This document shows, one piece after another, positions 7,148-17,094 of a stretch of DNA of 32,000 nucleotides; positions within the stretch are counted from its first letter, which is position 1; each line of letters starts with the position of its first letter. The notes beneath the pieces were generated by a model that saw nothing but the letters and a program-made list of their open reading frames with translations, was not told the origin of the DNA and made no database searches. This DNA is from Wolbachia endosymbiont strain TRS of Brugia malayi (lineage in GTDB: Bacteria > Pseudomonadota > Alphaproteobacteria > Rickettsiales > Anaplasmataceae). Made by a program: the position numbers and the translations under genes. Location: NCBI RefSeq assembly GCF_000008385.1, contig NC_006833.1:660001-692000 (forward strand), in the 5' to 3' direction.

Positions 7148-10100
7148 CTAAACGTTTTGTATTTGCTGTAATGACTTCACTTCCATCTCACTATTCTTTA
7201 CATATTGAATTGCAAGCACTAATGCTTTACTTCCAGAAGCTGTGGTACTGTAAGCTATATTCTGCAAAATAGCAGTTCTGCGAATATCTCTGCTATCTGA
7301 AACTGATTTCACACCTTTTGAGGTATTAATCACTAGATTTATTTTTCCATCTTTAAGCATGTCAACTATGTGGGGTCTGCCTTCTCTCACTTTATTTACA
7401 GCTTTCGCAGCAATGCCATTATTATTCAGATATGAAGCTGTACCTTTGGTAGCATATATTCCAAAATTCATCTCTTTCAACATTCGTGCAATTGGCAATA
7501 TATACTCTTTATCGTCATCTTTTACTGAAATTAGAGCTGTTCCTTTTGTTGGTAACTTATATCCTGCAGCCATGTGCACTTTTGCAAGTGCTGCTTCAAA
7601 GGACAAGTCAATTCCCATTACTTCCCCTGTTGACTTCATTTCTGGGCCAAGTAGAGTATCAATCCCTGAAAAACGCGTAAACGGAAAAACAGCAGCTTTA
7701 ACTGCGAAGTGATTAAGAGATTTTTTTTCTTGGTCTAATTTTTTGCCCAAAATAACCTGAGTAGCAAGCTTTGCAATAGGAACATTAATTACCTTGGAAA
7801 TAAAAGGAACTGTACGGCTAGCTCTTAGGTTCACTTCAAGTATGTATATATCATTTTCTTGTATGGCAAATTGAATGTTTATCAGACCTCTCACTTTTAA
7901 TTCAAGAGCTACTCTTTCAGTCTGTAGCTCAATCTCTTTTACGACTTCATCATTTAACGTGTTTGTCGGTATTGAGCAGGTTGAATCACCAGAGTGAATT
8001 CCAGCTTCTTCAATATGCTCCATAACTGCCGCAATGAAAACTTTTTCTCCATCACATATAGCGTCAACATCAACCTCAACTGCATTAACTAAGAACTTAT
8101 CAAGCAGCAGTGGTCCATGTTCAAAAATTTTAGTTTGACCCAGGACATATTCCTTAAAGCTCTCAATATCGTGCTTAATTGACATGGATTGACCACCTAA
8201 GACATAGGATGGCCTAACTACTAATGGAAAACCCACTTTTTCTGCGTTAGCCAACGCTTCTTCTACTGAATGACAAATAGAATTTTCAGGTTGTTTTAAA
8301 TTAAGTTGCAAAGCAAGGTTTTTAAACCTCATACGATCTTCAGCAAGATCTATAGAGTCAAAAGACGTGCCCAGGATATTAAAACCCCTTTTATTCAGTA
8401 CCTTTGCTAACCTTAAAGGTGTTTGACCACCTATCTGAACTATGGCACCTACTAGTGTACCATTTTCTTGCTCTTTACTTAGTATCTCAAGTACATCCTC
8501 TATAGTTAACGGAGCAAAATACAAACGATCAGCAGTATCATAATCAGTTGAAACAGTTTCAGGATTACAGTTAATCATTATTGTTTCGTATCCCATCTCT
8601 TTGGCAGCAGAAACTGCATGCACACACGCGTAGTCAAACTCAATACCTTGACCAATACGGTTTGGTCCACTACCCAAAATTACAACCTTTTTTCGATTAG
8701 AAACGTCCGCTTCGCATTCTGTCTTATTTACAACGTCTCCCTCATAACAACCATACATATAAGCAGTGCTCGATTCAAATTCAGCCGCACACGTATCTAC
8801 ACATTTATAAACTGGGCTAACACCAAACTTTTTTCTCATTTTTTCAATCTGTTCTATTTGGTCTACAGTGCATGAAGCTGGAATAGATTTATTGCTTAAC
8901 TTTGCCAACCTTGCATCTGAAAATCCCATCTTTTTTAGTTCTAATATTTCGTACGCGGTTTCAGGTAGGCCAGTTTCTTTAATTTTCTGTTCAGCCAAGA
9001 TGATTTGCTGTATGTTCTGCAAAAACCATAAGTCATACCCTGTAATTGAATTTATCTCTTCTATGCTAATTCCATGACGCATTGCGTCAGCAGCAATTAA
9101 TAATCTATTTGGCAACAATTTCGCTAATTGAGATTTTATGTGATCAACATCCGTATCCTCAGGAAACACCTCATCAAGTCCTGTAAGGCCAGTTTCAAGT
9201 GAGCGGAAAGCTTTCTGTAGTGACTCATTAAAAGTGCGACCTATAGACATTACTTCTCCTACTGATTTCATGGAAGTTGACAGTTCACAGTCCGTTTCTT
9301 TAAATTTTTCGAACTCAAAACGAGGAACCTTAGTGACAACATAATCAACCACTGGTTCAAATGCAGCAGGTATAGTTGGTGCACAATCGTTGCGTATTTC
9401 ATCAAGTGAATAGCCAATAGCAAGCTTAGTTGCAACTTTTGCTATGGGGTAACCTGTTGCCTTTGAGGCAAGCGCAGAAGAGCGGGAAACTCTTGGATTC
9501 ATTTCAATTACAACAAGGCTTCCATCTTCTTTAGGATTAACCGCAAATTGAACATTTGCACCACCTGCACTAACATCAATTTCCCTAAGCACTGCTATAG
9601 ATGCATTTCTCATTTGTTGGTACTCCGCATCACGCAGAGTCAAAGCGGGGGCAACGGTAATGCTATCACCTGTGTGAACTCCCATGGGATCAACATTTTC
9701 TATCGAACAGACTATTATACAGTTATCTTTGCAATCGCGAATAACTTCCATTTCATATTCTTTCCAGCCGATAATCGATTCATCTACCTGAACTTCATTT
9801 ATCGGTGAAACTTTCAAAGCATTCTCCACAATGTTGAAAAACTCCTTCTTATTGTACGCTATGCCGCTACCTGCACCACCAAGAGTAAACGATGAACGGA
9901 TGATCGCAGGTAACCCTACATAATCGAGAGCTTCCTTTATTTGTTCTCGATTTTTTATAATGATACTTCTAGGGTATTTTAATCCTATTTTATCCATAGA
10001 TTGGCGAAATAATTCTCTATCCTCTGCTTTTTTAATTGCTTCTCTATTTACGCCAATTAACTTTACGTTATATTTATCCAATACTCCATCATCTGCAAGT

Positions 10101-10402
10101 TTCATTGCACAGTTCAAAGCAGTTTGCCCGCCCATTGTTGGTAATATTGCATCTGGCTTCTCTTTAATTATGATTTCTTCTATGATTTCAGGCAGTATAG
10201 GTTCAATATACGTTGCATCAGAAAACTCAGGATCCGTCATTATAGTCGCAGGATTAGAATTAACCAAAATAACCTTATAATTCTCGTTCTTTAATACCTT
10301 GCAACTCTGAGTTCCGGAATAATCGAATTCGCATGCCTGACCTATAATTATCGGACCTGCCCCTATTACTAATATAGATTCTATATCTGTACGTTTTGGC
10401 AT
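7148..10402 (-). CDS. carB: Carbamoyl-phosphate synthase large subunit
   Basis: About 1084 aa from ATG 10402 ([32 protein letters not shown]). It has duplicated ATP-grasp halves (a second [21 protein letters not shown]) and a C-terminal MGS-like domain. The ORF track extends 12 codons further upstream. Confidence 0.95.
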   Translation of the reverse strand: MPKRTDIESILVIGAGPIIIGQACEFDYSGTQSCKVLKNENYKVILVNSNPATIMTDPEFSDATYIEPILPEIIEEIIIKEKPDAILPTMGGQTALNCAMKLADDGVLDKYNVKLIGVNREAIKKAEDRELFRQSMDKIGLKYPRSIIIKNREQIKEALDYVGLPAIIRSSFTLGGAGSGIAYNKKEFFNIVENALKVSPINEVQVDESIIGWKEYEMEVIRDCKDNCIIVCSIENVDPMGVHTGDSITVAPALTLRDAEYQQMRNASIAVLREIDVSAGGANVQFAVNPKEDGSLVVIEMNPRVSRSSALASKATGYPIAKVATKLAIGYSLDEIRNDCAPTIPAAFEPVVDYVVTKVPRFEFEKFKETDCELSTSMKSVGEVMSIGRTFNESLQKAFRSLETGLTGLDEVFPEDTDVDHIKSQLAKLLPNRLLIAADAMRHGISIEEINSITGYDLWFLQNIQQIILAEQKIKETGLPETAYEILELKKMGFSDARLAKLSNKSIPASCTVDQIEQIEKMRKKFGVSPVYKCVDTCAAEFESSTAYMYGCYEGDVVNKTECEADVSNRKKVVILGSGPNRIGQGIEFDYACVHAVSAAKEMGYETIMINCNPETVSTDYDTADRLYFAPLTIEDVLEILSKEQENGTLVGAIVQIGGQTPLRLAKVLNKRGFNILGTSFDSIDLAEDRMRFKNLALQLNLKQPENSICHSVEEALANAEKVGFPLVVRPSYVLGGQSMSIKHDIESFKEYVLGQTKIFEHGPLLLDKFLVNAVEVDVDAICDGEKVFIAAVMEHIEEAGIHSGDSTCSIPTNTLNDEVVKEIELQTERVALELKVRGLINIQFAIQENDIYILEVNLRASRTVPFISKVINVPIAKLATQVILGKKLDQEKKSLNHFAVKAAVFPFTRFSGIDTLLGPEMKSTGEVMGIDLSFEAALAKVHMAAGYKLPTKGTALISVKDDDKEYILPIARMLKEMNFGIYATKGTASYLNNNGIAAKAVNKVREGRPHIVDMLKDGKINLVINTSKGVKSVSDSRDIRRTAILQNIAYSTTASGSKALVLAIQYVKNSEMEVKSLQQIQNV

Positions 10403-10439
10403 AATTATAATAATGATCTCTCTAGGTAATGTTACCAAT

Positions 10440-10975
10440 CTTTCCTATATATGTGAATTTTTATTAGACTTATGTGCCAACCACTTCAGGCCCACAACTA
10501 TACAAACATCGTGATTTGATAACAGGATTCAAGTAGCTCATAAAAATGTAAAGCCCATTTTACAGGCCTTAAGAACCCTTATATGGGGATGTTTTAGACC
10601 TAAAATTTATCCTTAATCTTTATTTAAGTGACAAAAGCACATTATTAAACTAGGTGTGTTATGTTTAATTTTTCTTATATAGACACTCCATGTCTTTATA
10701 AATTTTTATCTACGTTAGCTGAATCTCGCTTATTAAGTAATGTAATAAGCGCCAAGTTTTTGAGAGAACAGTAAACAACTCACATTGCATTGTTCTTTTT
10801 GTCTTTATTTAAGAATTAGTTCAAAAATCAACTAATCTTCTTTTTTTATAAAGAAATTATTTGAAAAACTTCTGCATTACCCTTATCGTGACGTTATGGA
10901 TATTTATAATTCCAAGGTTGACTACTTACCAAGCATATAAGACATTAATGTCAAGTTCCTACAAGAGATATCACT
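10440..10975 (-). repeat. R1 dispersed repeat, copy 2 (inverted relative to copy 1), contiguous with the IS110 transposase fragment
   Basis: The reverse complement is colinear with 6698-7055 (for example ttatctacgttagctgaatctcgcttattaag against its counterpart in copy 1). It has extra internal sequence or a partial duplication, and its distal end is poorly alignable. Confidence 0.5.
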
Positions 10976-11000
10976 AGGGTTTCTTTTGCCCTTTTTCTTC

Positions 11001-11255
11001 CTAAGAAACTTCTTCAACCAACTCCTCTTGTTGAACCAACATATAACCAAATTCCTGTGCCCTTTTGATCAAATTTTTCACACTTTCTTTTTATAACGTG
11101 TTTCATAGTAGCTTATACCTCTTTCCACATATCCTTGTCCACATTTCAACATTTGATAGAAGATACGTGCTAACTTTCTTGTAGTAGCAGTAATTGCCTC
11201 TGGGGTTCTTAAAAACTTAAATTAAGGAGCTTCTTCCTGGTTTGACAGATTTCTT
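11001..11255 (-). pseudogene. IS110-family transposase, C-terminal fragment (frameshifted, truncated)
   Basis: The minus-strand translation reads RTPEAITATTRKLARIFYQMLKCGQGYVERGISYYETRYKKK, then after a frameshift VKNLIKRAQEFGYMLVQQEELVEEVS*. This is the characteristic C-terminal ..A.ARKLARI.Y.ML..G..Y.. block of IS110 transposases. No N-terminal catalytic part is present. Confidence 0.7.
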
Positions 11256-11343
11256 CCGTCCGGTGCTACTTGGTAAATTTCTTAATATTTATAGCCACCG
11301 ATAACTGCCGCTTGTCAGCAGCTGAAGGATACCGTGAGTGAAT

Positions 11344-11497
11344 CGCAGTATGACATAGGGGCTGCCGATATCCAGCACGTAAAGCTGGCTTCTCATACTG
11401 GAAAATCATGAGGCAACAGAAATAGTAAATAAATTTACCAGATTCCAGTGTCATACACTGGGACGACAGAGGAAAGAGGCACTGGAGCAATAGAGGG
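11344..11497. repeat. Cluster of nested hairpin repeats (same family as the murD inserts)
   Basis: Hairpins are cgcagtatgaca...tcatactg enclosing tccagcacgtaaagctgg, and the unit at 11438-11497 (ccagattccagtgtcatacactgggacgacagaggaaagaggcactggagcaata). That unit is about 76% identical to 13684-13732 by my manual count. Confidence 0.65.
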
Positions 11498-11989
11498 TAG
11501 CACAAAAAATTTAGTAATTTACATACAAATAATGTTTTCTATTGTAATTTAGAGTATATATTAATTTATTAATAAAATTAACCAATAGACATTATAATAT
11601 TAATAACTGCAAACTTATCGAAAGATTTCCATGAGTGAAAAAAATGTGTTTTTAAGATAGCAAAAGGTAGCCTAATAGAAACTGATGGCAAAAAGTGTTA
11701 CAAGGTAAAATTAGTAGAGAAAAATCTTCTCGGAGAGATAGAGCAAGAAGTCACATTCAATGAACATTTGCAGCACATTATAAAAATATATAATATCTGG
11801 GTGAGCATGATCCTAATGATGACTATAAAAATCAAATTTTCTGCTATTCTCATTGAAAATGAAACTTGATCGGTGTCCAACATGGTACGTAATGTGGCAT
11901 ATAATCCAATCGTAACTGATATAATATTAAGATTAGAATAGTTAAATACCATTTAAAGCTTGTTAACAAGTGAAATATTAATTTTTATA

Positions 11990-13600
11990 GGGAGATATAA
12001 CTCTACCTGACTCGTCGTTAAAATCTCATGTAAATAACCTACAATTAAAAGAATATTATGAAAAGCAGTCTGAGAAGGGAAAAGCTATACTGTATATTGA
12101 CTATGGTAATCCGGTACTGGCCGTTAGAGATTTACAAAAACAGATTGTTTGTGGACTACATGATAAAGCGTTGCCTGTAACAGATAAAATGAAACCCATG
12201 ATTTATAGACAAGGATGCCCTAATCCAGGTAAAAAGTAGGAGATTCTAAGTATGTACTGTGATAAAAAATGAACCGGACTTAATGATTCCCTTATCTATT
12301 TTTCAAGATAGGAAAAGTACGTTACAAAACTCACAAAGCCCACTTGACATTATATTCCAATCTTGCGAATCTGTAATTATTGAAAATCTGACAGATATCC
12401 AAATCCAAAGTTTAGCAGATCAACTAACTAATCATCAATTAAAGATCCTTACAAAAGATCTTAATAGCTACCAACTTCAAGCCCCAGCAGAACACCTAAC
12501 TGATGGTCAACCATATCTAACAAGAGATTTATCTGACCACCATTTAACCATCCTTTCCAAGGAACTGTAGCATGATCAACTTCAATTCCCAGTTCTACTT
12601 TAGAAGAAGATAAATTAAAGAATTTAGTTAACAACTGGATCATGAGAGCTCGCAGCAATAGCTCATGATTTAACCAATCATGTCAGAATCGGAGTTATAA
12701 TCGATTACCTAACCACTAACCAGAAAAACTTCAGACTTTTGCTAACAGTATATCTGATCAACAATTTGCAGAACTTTTAAACAATCTAAATGCAGAAGAT
12801 CTAAAAGATGTTCTTCATAAGCTGCCCTATGAGAAAGTCATATCTGTGGTTGTTCAATCAGGCGATAAAAGTCAACTTGATGCTGTTGCTGAGATGTTGA
12901 TAGAAAAGTTTGAGGAGCAGAACAAAAAAAATAAAAAAGTTATTGAGATACTCAAGCAAATCAAGGAGGATACATCAGGTCTCTTAGAAGCTCAGGATTT
13001 TACAATAGCGGAAGAAATAACGATCCAATGCTACTTCCATAGTAGCAATTTATGAGAATTAATTTCTCATAGGAATAACTTATTATGAGTAAAAATAATG
13101 CAAAATTATATTCTAGTGAAGAAGTTTCACAGTAAAATAAAATTACAACAACTTCAGAAACCTAAGTTTGACAAACCAAATTTCGTAAACTCAGAAGTAG
13201 GGAAAACAATTGATACAAAGACCAGTAAGATATTTGACATAACTCAGGAAATGAAGCAAAAAGATATGGATGATATACCGTGAATGCAAGTGTAAGTGCA
13301 AAATACCTAAAAAAGCTTTACGATGGCTTGATGGGAAGTATTCATAAGTATAACGAAGATGCAAGAGCTGAGACTATAAATAAAATAATAAAACACTGTC
13401 ATCAGCTATAGATAATATAGGGCAAAATACAAGCAAAATAGACAGTGAACTTAGAATATTCAAAATGAAGTTTAAGCAAGCTTCGTGATAAGATGCCAGG
13501 TCTTTTAGAAGCTCCCCAATTACCTTATACTATCGGAGAAGAGAATGGATTGTTTCAACAAAAAGTAATAGTCCTCTCTTCCCTTTTATTCTGGCATTGA
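11990..13600 (+). pseudogene. Remnant of a large repeat-containing protein (12-residue periodic L-[TS]-x-x-Q-L-x-x-L motif), fragmented by stops and frameshifts
   Basis: ORF pieces lie in all three + frames (12259-12570, 12846-13055, 13098-13283 and others). 36-bp tandem periodicity starts at 12388 (NLTDIQIQSLADQ / LTNHQLKILTKD / LNSYQLQAPAEH / LTDGQPYLTRD / LSDHHLTILSKE) and continues after a frame change (ISDQQFAELLNN / LNAEDLKDVLHK). A larger internal duplication pairs caggtctcttagaagctc near 12976 with caggtcttttagaagctc near 13498. Confidence 0.5.
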
Positions 13601-13677
13601 CGCTGAGTTACTTTGATAATAGTGTCATGAAAGTAACTGTTTTTTAATAGAGTATAACGTTTTTAATGATTATGAAA

Positions 13678-13736
13678 AACTGGATCTCAGTGTCAAGGCA
13701 CTGGGATGATAAGAGAAGGAGGCACTGGAATAATAC
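13678..13736. repeat. Palindromic hairpin repeat unit (same family as 11438-11497 and the murD inserts)
   Basis: ctggatctcagtgtcaaggcactgggatgataagagaaggaggcactggaataata. It contains the hairpin cagtgtcaaggcactg. Confidence 0.65.
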
Positions 13737-13793
13737 CCTTTCTAGCAAATCTAGGTGATAAACCCTTCCTGATTATTTTTCTATACATCTTTA

Positions 13794-14194
13794 TCAACAC
13801 ATTATGTGGAAGTTAAAGGGCGCTTTTGTATATTCAATTGGCTTCCAGTTGCATCCCTCACATGTGTAGTCAAATTTCTCTAAAGACGTTTTTTCCCTGA
13901 TTCTTTTTACTGCTTCACTCCAAGTCAAAGTTTCTCTAATTTTTATTCTTAAAACCTCATATACCTTCTGTCCAGTTCTAAAACTTTAGCTTGTGTAGTG
14001 CATTTATCTTGCTGAGTCTTGGTTTAGACAAGCACTACAGATACTATCAAGATTACCAGTTACTTTAATTTGAGTATTGGGATCAGTGATTACTTTACTG
14101 CTATCTTTCTGTAACTTTCTATAAAATCTTGAAGATATCCATATCCTTGCAACGCAAGAGCTTATATGAAATAGTGAGGACTAAATCTTATCAT
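13794..14194 (-). pseudogene. DUF1284-family (Cys-rich, putative Fe-S binding) protein pseudogene
   Basis: The minus-strand conceptual translation is MIRFSPHYFI*ALALQGYGYLQDFIESYRKIAVK, then after a frameshift VITDPNTQIKVTGNLDSICSACLNQ..., ending in LTWSEAVKRIREKTSLEKFDYTCEGCNWKPIEY...C*. This matches the DUF1284 pattern as I remember it (R.HH..C....GyGYs..F, D.iC..C, C..C.W). It has one in-frame stop and at least two frameshifts. Its ATG lies inside the last codons of bioY. Confidence 0.5.
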
Positions 14195-14717
14195 TCCTCA
14201 AATATCGTAAAGCTGCTACGAGTAGTAAAATCTTTACCAAACCAGAAAAGATAAACGGTAGCATGCCAACCATTATTGCTTGTTTCAGACCTACGTGAAT
14301 AGCAAGCCAACTGACACCACAAATAAAGATTACGGCTGTACCAGCCAGGCAGTTCAGAGAATTGCATATAAGTGACTCATATTTAGAATTCAGCGATTCG
14401 TTCACTTTACTCATCACTATAACAGCAGCTAAAAAGCCAACTAAGTATCCACCTGTTGGCCTGAGAAAAGTGTGATAGCCACCAAGAAAATCTGCAAAAA
14501 CAGGTAATCCTGCCGCACCAAGTGATAAATACGTAAGTACAGAAAAAAACGCTGCCCTGCAGTTAAACTTAAGTCCAATAAGCATCACTCCTAAACTTTG
14601 CAGTGTAATAGGCACGGGTTTTAATGGTATGTTTATTTGAGCTGTTAGAAATAAGAGCAAAACACAAAAGAAGACCTCGATTAACGCCGATTTACTGCTA
14701 GATTGCGTTGTAAACAT
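14181..14717 (-). CDS. bioY: Biotin transporter BioY
   Basis: 178 aa and multi-TM. The segments INIPLKPVPITLQSLGVMLIGL, GAAGLPVFA and LRPTGGYLVGFLAA are typical of the BioY family. Confidence 0.85.
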   Translation of the reverse strand: MFTTQSSSKSALIEVFFCVLLLFLTAQINIPLKPVPITLQSLGVMLIGLKFNCRAAFFSVLTYLSLGAAGLPVFADFLGGYHTFLRPTGGYLVGFLAAVIVMSKVNESLNSKYESLICNSLNCLAGTAVIFICGVSWLAIHVGLKQAIMVGMLPFIFSGLVKILLLVAALRYLRNDKI

Positions 14718-14881
14718 ACTCCTCTAAGTAAAAACATATTAAAGCTAATTATATTTTAGGAGCTTTGCAACTTAAATCTTGCTTTTGTTGCTCATAATTA
14801 TATTCCTTGTGTGGAACAAAAAGGTTAAACTTTTTTTAATATTCTACTATATATAGTTAATTTTTTTGTTAAGGATTAAAA

Positions 14882-15417
14882 ATGATAAGTAAAGAAGATC
14901 TACTGGAGTTGATGAAAATAAGGCACAGCAGACGTTCATATGGTCAAAGTAAATTAGCACATCAGGAAGAAATAAATATGCTGATAGAAACTGCATGGTT
15001 ATCTCCCTCACGTTATGGTGACGAGCCCTGGAGACAAGTGATATGCAATAGACAAAGCAATCAAGATGCATGGGAAAAATTACTGAGTTGCCCTACTGAA
15101 CCCAACCAAAAGTGGGCAAAAGATACACAAATACTAATTATATCATTGAGCACTAAAAATTTCCATGATCATACAAAAATAGTAAATTTTTGGGGCAGCC
15201 ACGATACTGGTATAGCAAATTATACATTTATGCTACAGAGCTACATCTATGAATTTAATGCTCATCAGATGAGTAGATTTGATAGGAATAAAATAGTAAA
15301 AAATTCAATATACCAGATGATTTTAATATAATGTAAGTAATAGCGGTTGATTACGAAGAAAAGGGTGCTGAAATCAAGGAAAAGACAAGAAAGCCAATAG
15401 AGGAAATGTTTTTATAA
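14882..15417 (+). pseudogene. Nitroreductase-family protein pseudogene (C-terminal frameshift plus internal stop)
   Basis: The N-terminal 140 aa look nitroreductase-like (RHSRRSY..., PSRYGDEPWR, HDTGIANYTFML). The frame breaks near 15300. The shifted frame reads KFNIPDDFNIM*VIAVDYEEKGAEIKEKTRKPIEEMFL*, the expected C-terminus containing a TAA stop. The terminal TAA overlaps the dapF ATG as TAATG. Confidence 0.65.
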
Positions 15418-16196
15418 TGAGTAGCCAAAGTCCTAAAAGAATGTATGGTACTGGTAACAATTTCGTTATCATAGACTCACGCTCGATAAACAACTTGAAT
15501 TGGAATTATAGAGAAATTGCCAATCAAAATGGCTGTGACCAAATTATAGTAATAACCAACTCCAGTGCAGCTGATTGCTTTATGCACATTTATAATGCTG
15601 ACGGTGGTGAAGTCGAAATGTGCGGAAACGCAGCACGTTGCGTTGGATATTTAATAATGTCAGAAAAAAGTACTGAGTATGCCACCATCGAGTTAGTAAA
15701 CAAGCGCATTTTAGAGTGCTTCAAAGTGGGTGGCAGATCCATAAAGGTCAATATGGGCAAACCACTGTTTAAGTGGCATGAAATTCCTCTTTCCGCTAAG
15801 TGTGATCCACTTCATTTACCCATAGAGCTTGAGATGCTAAAAGATCCAGTTGCAGTAAATATTGGTAATCCGCACATGGTTTTTTTTGTTGATAACATAA
15901 GCGAAATACCGTTGCAAAGCTTAGGACCAAAGCTAGAAAAGCATACATTATTTCCCAAGAAAGTGAATGTTAACATTGCGCAAGTTGAAAAATCTGGGGA
16001 AATATCTTTAAGAGTTTGGGAAAGAGGTACAGGTATCACTGCCTCATGTGGTAGTGCAGCCTGTGCAGCACTTATTGCATCCGTGCTTCGTGGATACTTG
16101 ATTACTCGACAGACCTCAGTGAATTTGCCAGGAGGCAAATTACTAATCGAGTGGCCAGATAACATATTTATGACTGGCGATATAGGATTTCTATAG
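15417..16196 (+). CDS. dapF: Diaminopimelate epimerase
   Basis: 259 aa. It has the GTGNNFVIID motif and both catalytic Cys motifs (MCGNAARC and SCGSAACA). Confidence 0.92.
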   Translation: MSSQSPKRMYGTGNNFVIIDSRSINNLNWNYREIANQNGCDQIIVITNSSAADCFMHIYNADGGEVEMCGNAARCVGYLIMSEKSTEYATIELVNKRILECFKVGGRSIKVNMGKPLFKWHEIPLSAKCDPLHLPIELEMLKDPVAVNIGNPHMVFFVDNISEIPLQSLGPKLEKHTLFPKKVNVNIAQVEKSGEISLRVWERGTGITASCGSAACAALIASVLRGYLITRQTSVNLPGGKLLIEWPDNIFMTGDIGFL

Positions 16197-16203
16197 CCCC
16201 AGT

Positions 16204-17091
16204 TTAGGCAACATGAGCCTTATGCATCACTTCCAAAATTTTTTTGCCAATCATCGCAGGAGTTTCCGCAATTGCAATACCAGCACTGCTCATAACTTCT
16301 AGCTTTGCACCAGCACTTCCTCCACTAGAAGAGATAATTGCCCCAGCGTGTCCCATGCGTCTCCCTGGAGGTGCCGTTTGACCAGCTATAAATCCAACAA
16401 TTGGCTTTTTAGTTTTTTCTGTCTTCACAAAATGTGATACATCCTCTTCCTCATTTCCGCCTATCTCACCAATGACTACAATACCATGAGTATCCTCATC
16501 TTTTAAAAATAGTTCCATACAGTCAACGAACGTCATACCATGAATAGGGTCTCCTCCAATTCCAATGCATGTTGACTGACCAGGTCCAACAGCGGTTGTT
16601 TGCGCCACTGCTTCATAAGTTAAAGTCCCAGAACGAGACATAATTCCTATATGCCCACGCTTGTGAATATGTCCTGGCATGATTCCTATTTTGCATTCTT
16701 CAGGTGTAATAATTCCAGGACAGTTAGGACCAATCAATCGACTTTTTGAACTAATAAGCGCATGCTTAACCCTTACCATATCAAGTATAGGAATACCCTC
16801 TGTAATACAAACTATCAACTCTATCTCTGCATCTATTGCCTCGAGTATTGCAGCAGCAGCAAACTTAGCAGGTACATATATAACCGTAGCATTCGCATCA
16901 GTTTTTTCTTTAGCTTCTGCTACAGTATTAAAGACTGGTAAATTGAGATGAGAGCTTCCACCCTTTCCAGGGGTTACACCACCAACCATCTTTGTCCCGT
17001 AGCTGATAGCTTGCTCTGAATGAAATGTACCCTGTGCACCAGTAAAACCCTGGCATATTAATCTTGTATCTTTGCCTACTAAAACAGACAT
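16204..17091 (-). CDS. sucD: Succinyl-CoA synthetase alpha subunit
   Basis: 295 aa. It has a CoA-binding N-terminus ([16 protein letters not shown]) and the phosphohistidine loop (MGHAGAII). It lies 3 nt downstream of sucC. Confidence 0.95.
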   Translation of the reverse strand: MSVLVGKDTRLICQGFTGAQGTFHSEQAISYGTKMVGGVTPGKGGSSHLNLPVFNTVAEAKEKTDANATVIYVPAKFAAAAILEAIDAEIELIVCITEGIPILDMVRVKHALISSKSRLIGPNCPGIITPEECKIGIMPGHIHKRGHIGIMSRSGTLTYEAVAQTTAVGPGQSTCIGIGGDPIHGMTFVDCMELFLKDEDTHGIVVIGEIGGNEEEDVSHFVKTEKTKKPIVGFIAGQTAPPGRRMGHAGAIISSSGGSAGAKLEVMSSAGIAIAETPAMIGKKILEVMHKAHVA

Positions 17092-17094
17092 GCT

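Noticed and set aside
7072-10280. Several 60-117-aa ORFs on the + strand inside carB (7072-7272, 7359-7712, 8618-8875, 8868-9077, 9548-9808, 9960-10280)
   Set aside because: These are antisense shadow ORFs of a long, well-supported gene. They have low-complexity or hydrophobic composition and no motifs.
11266-11505. 79-aa minus-strand ORF (MCYPLLLQCLFPLSSQCMTLESG...)
   Set aside because: It lies entirely within the hairpin-repeat cluster. Its Cys/Leu-rich translation is an artefact of the palindromic DNA.
11344-13736. Possibility that the short hairpin repeats form a CRISPR array
   Set aside because: The copies are diverged, irregularly spaced (kilobases apart) and internally palindromic with different lengths. 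There is no repeat-spacer periodicity and there are no cas genes.
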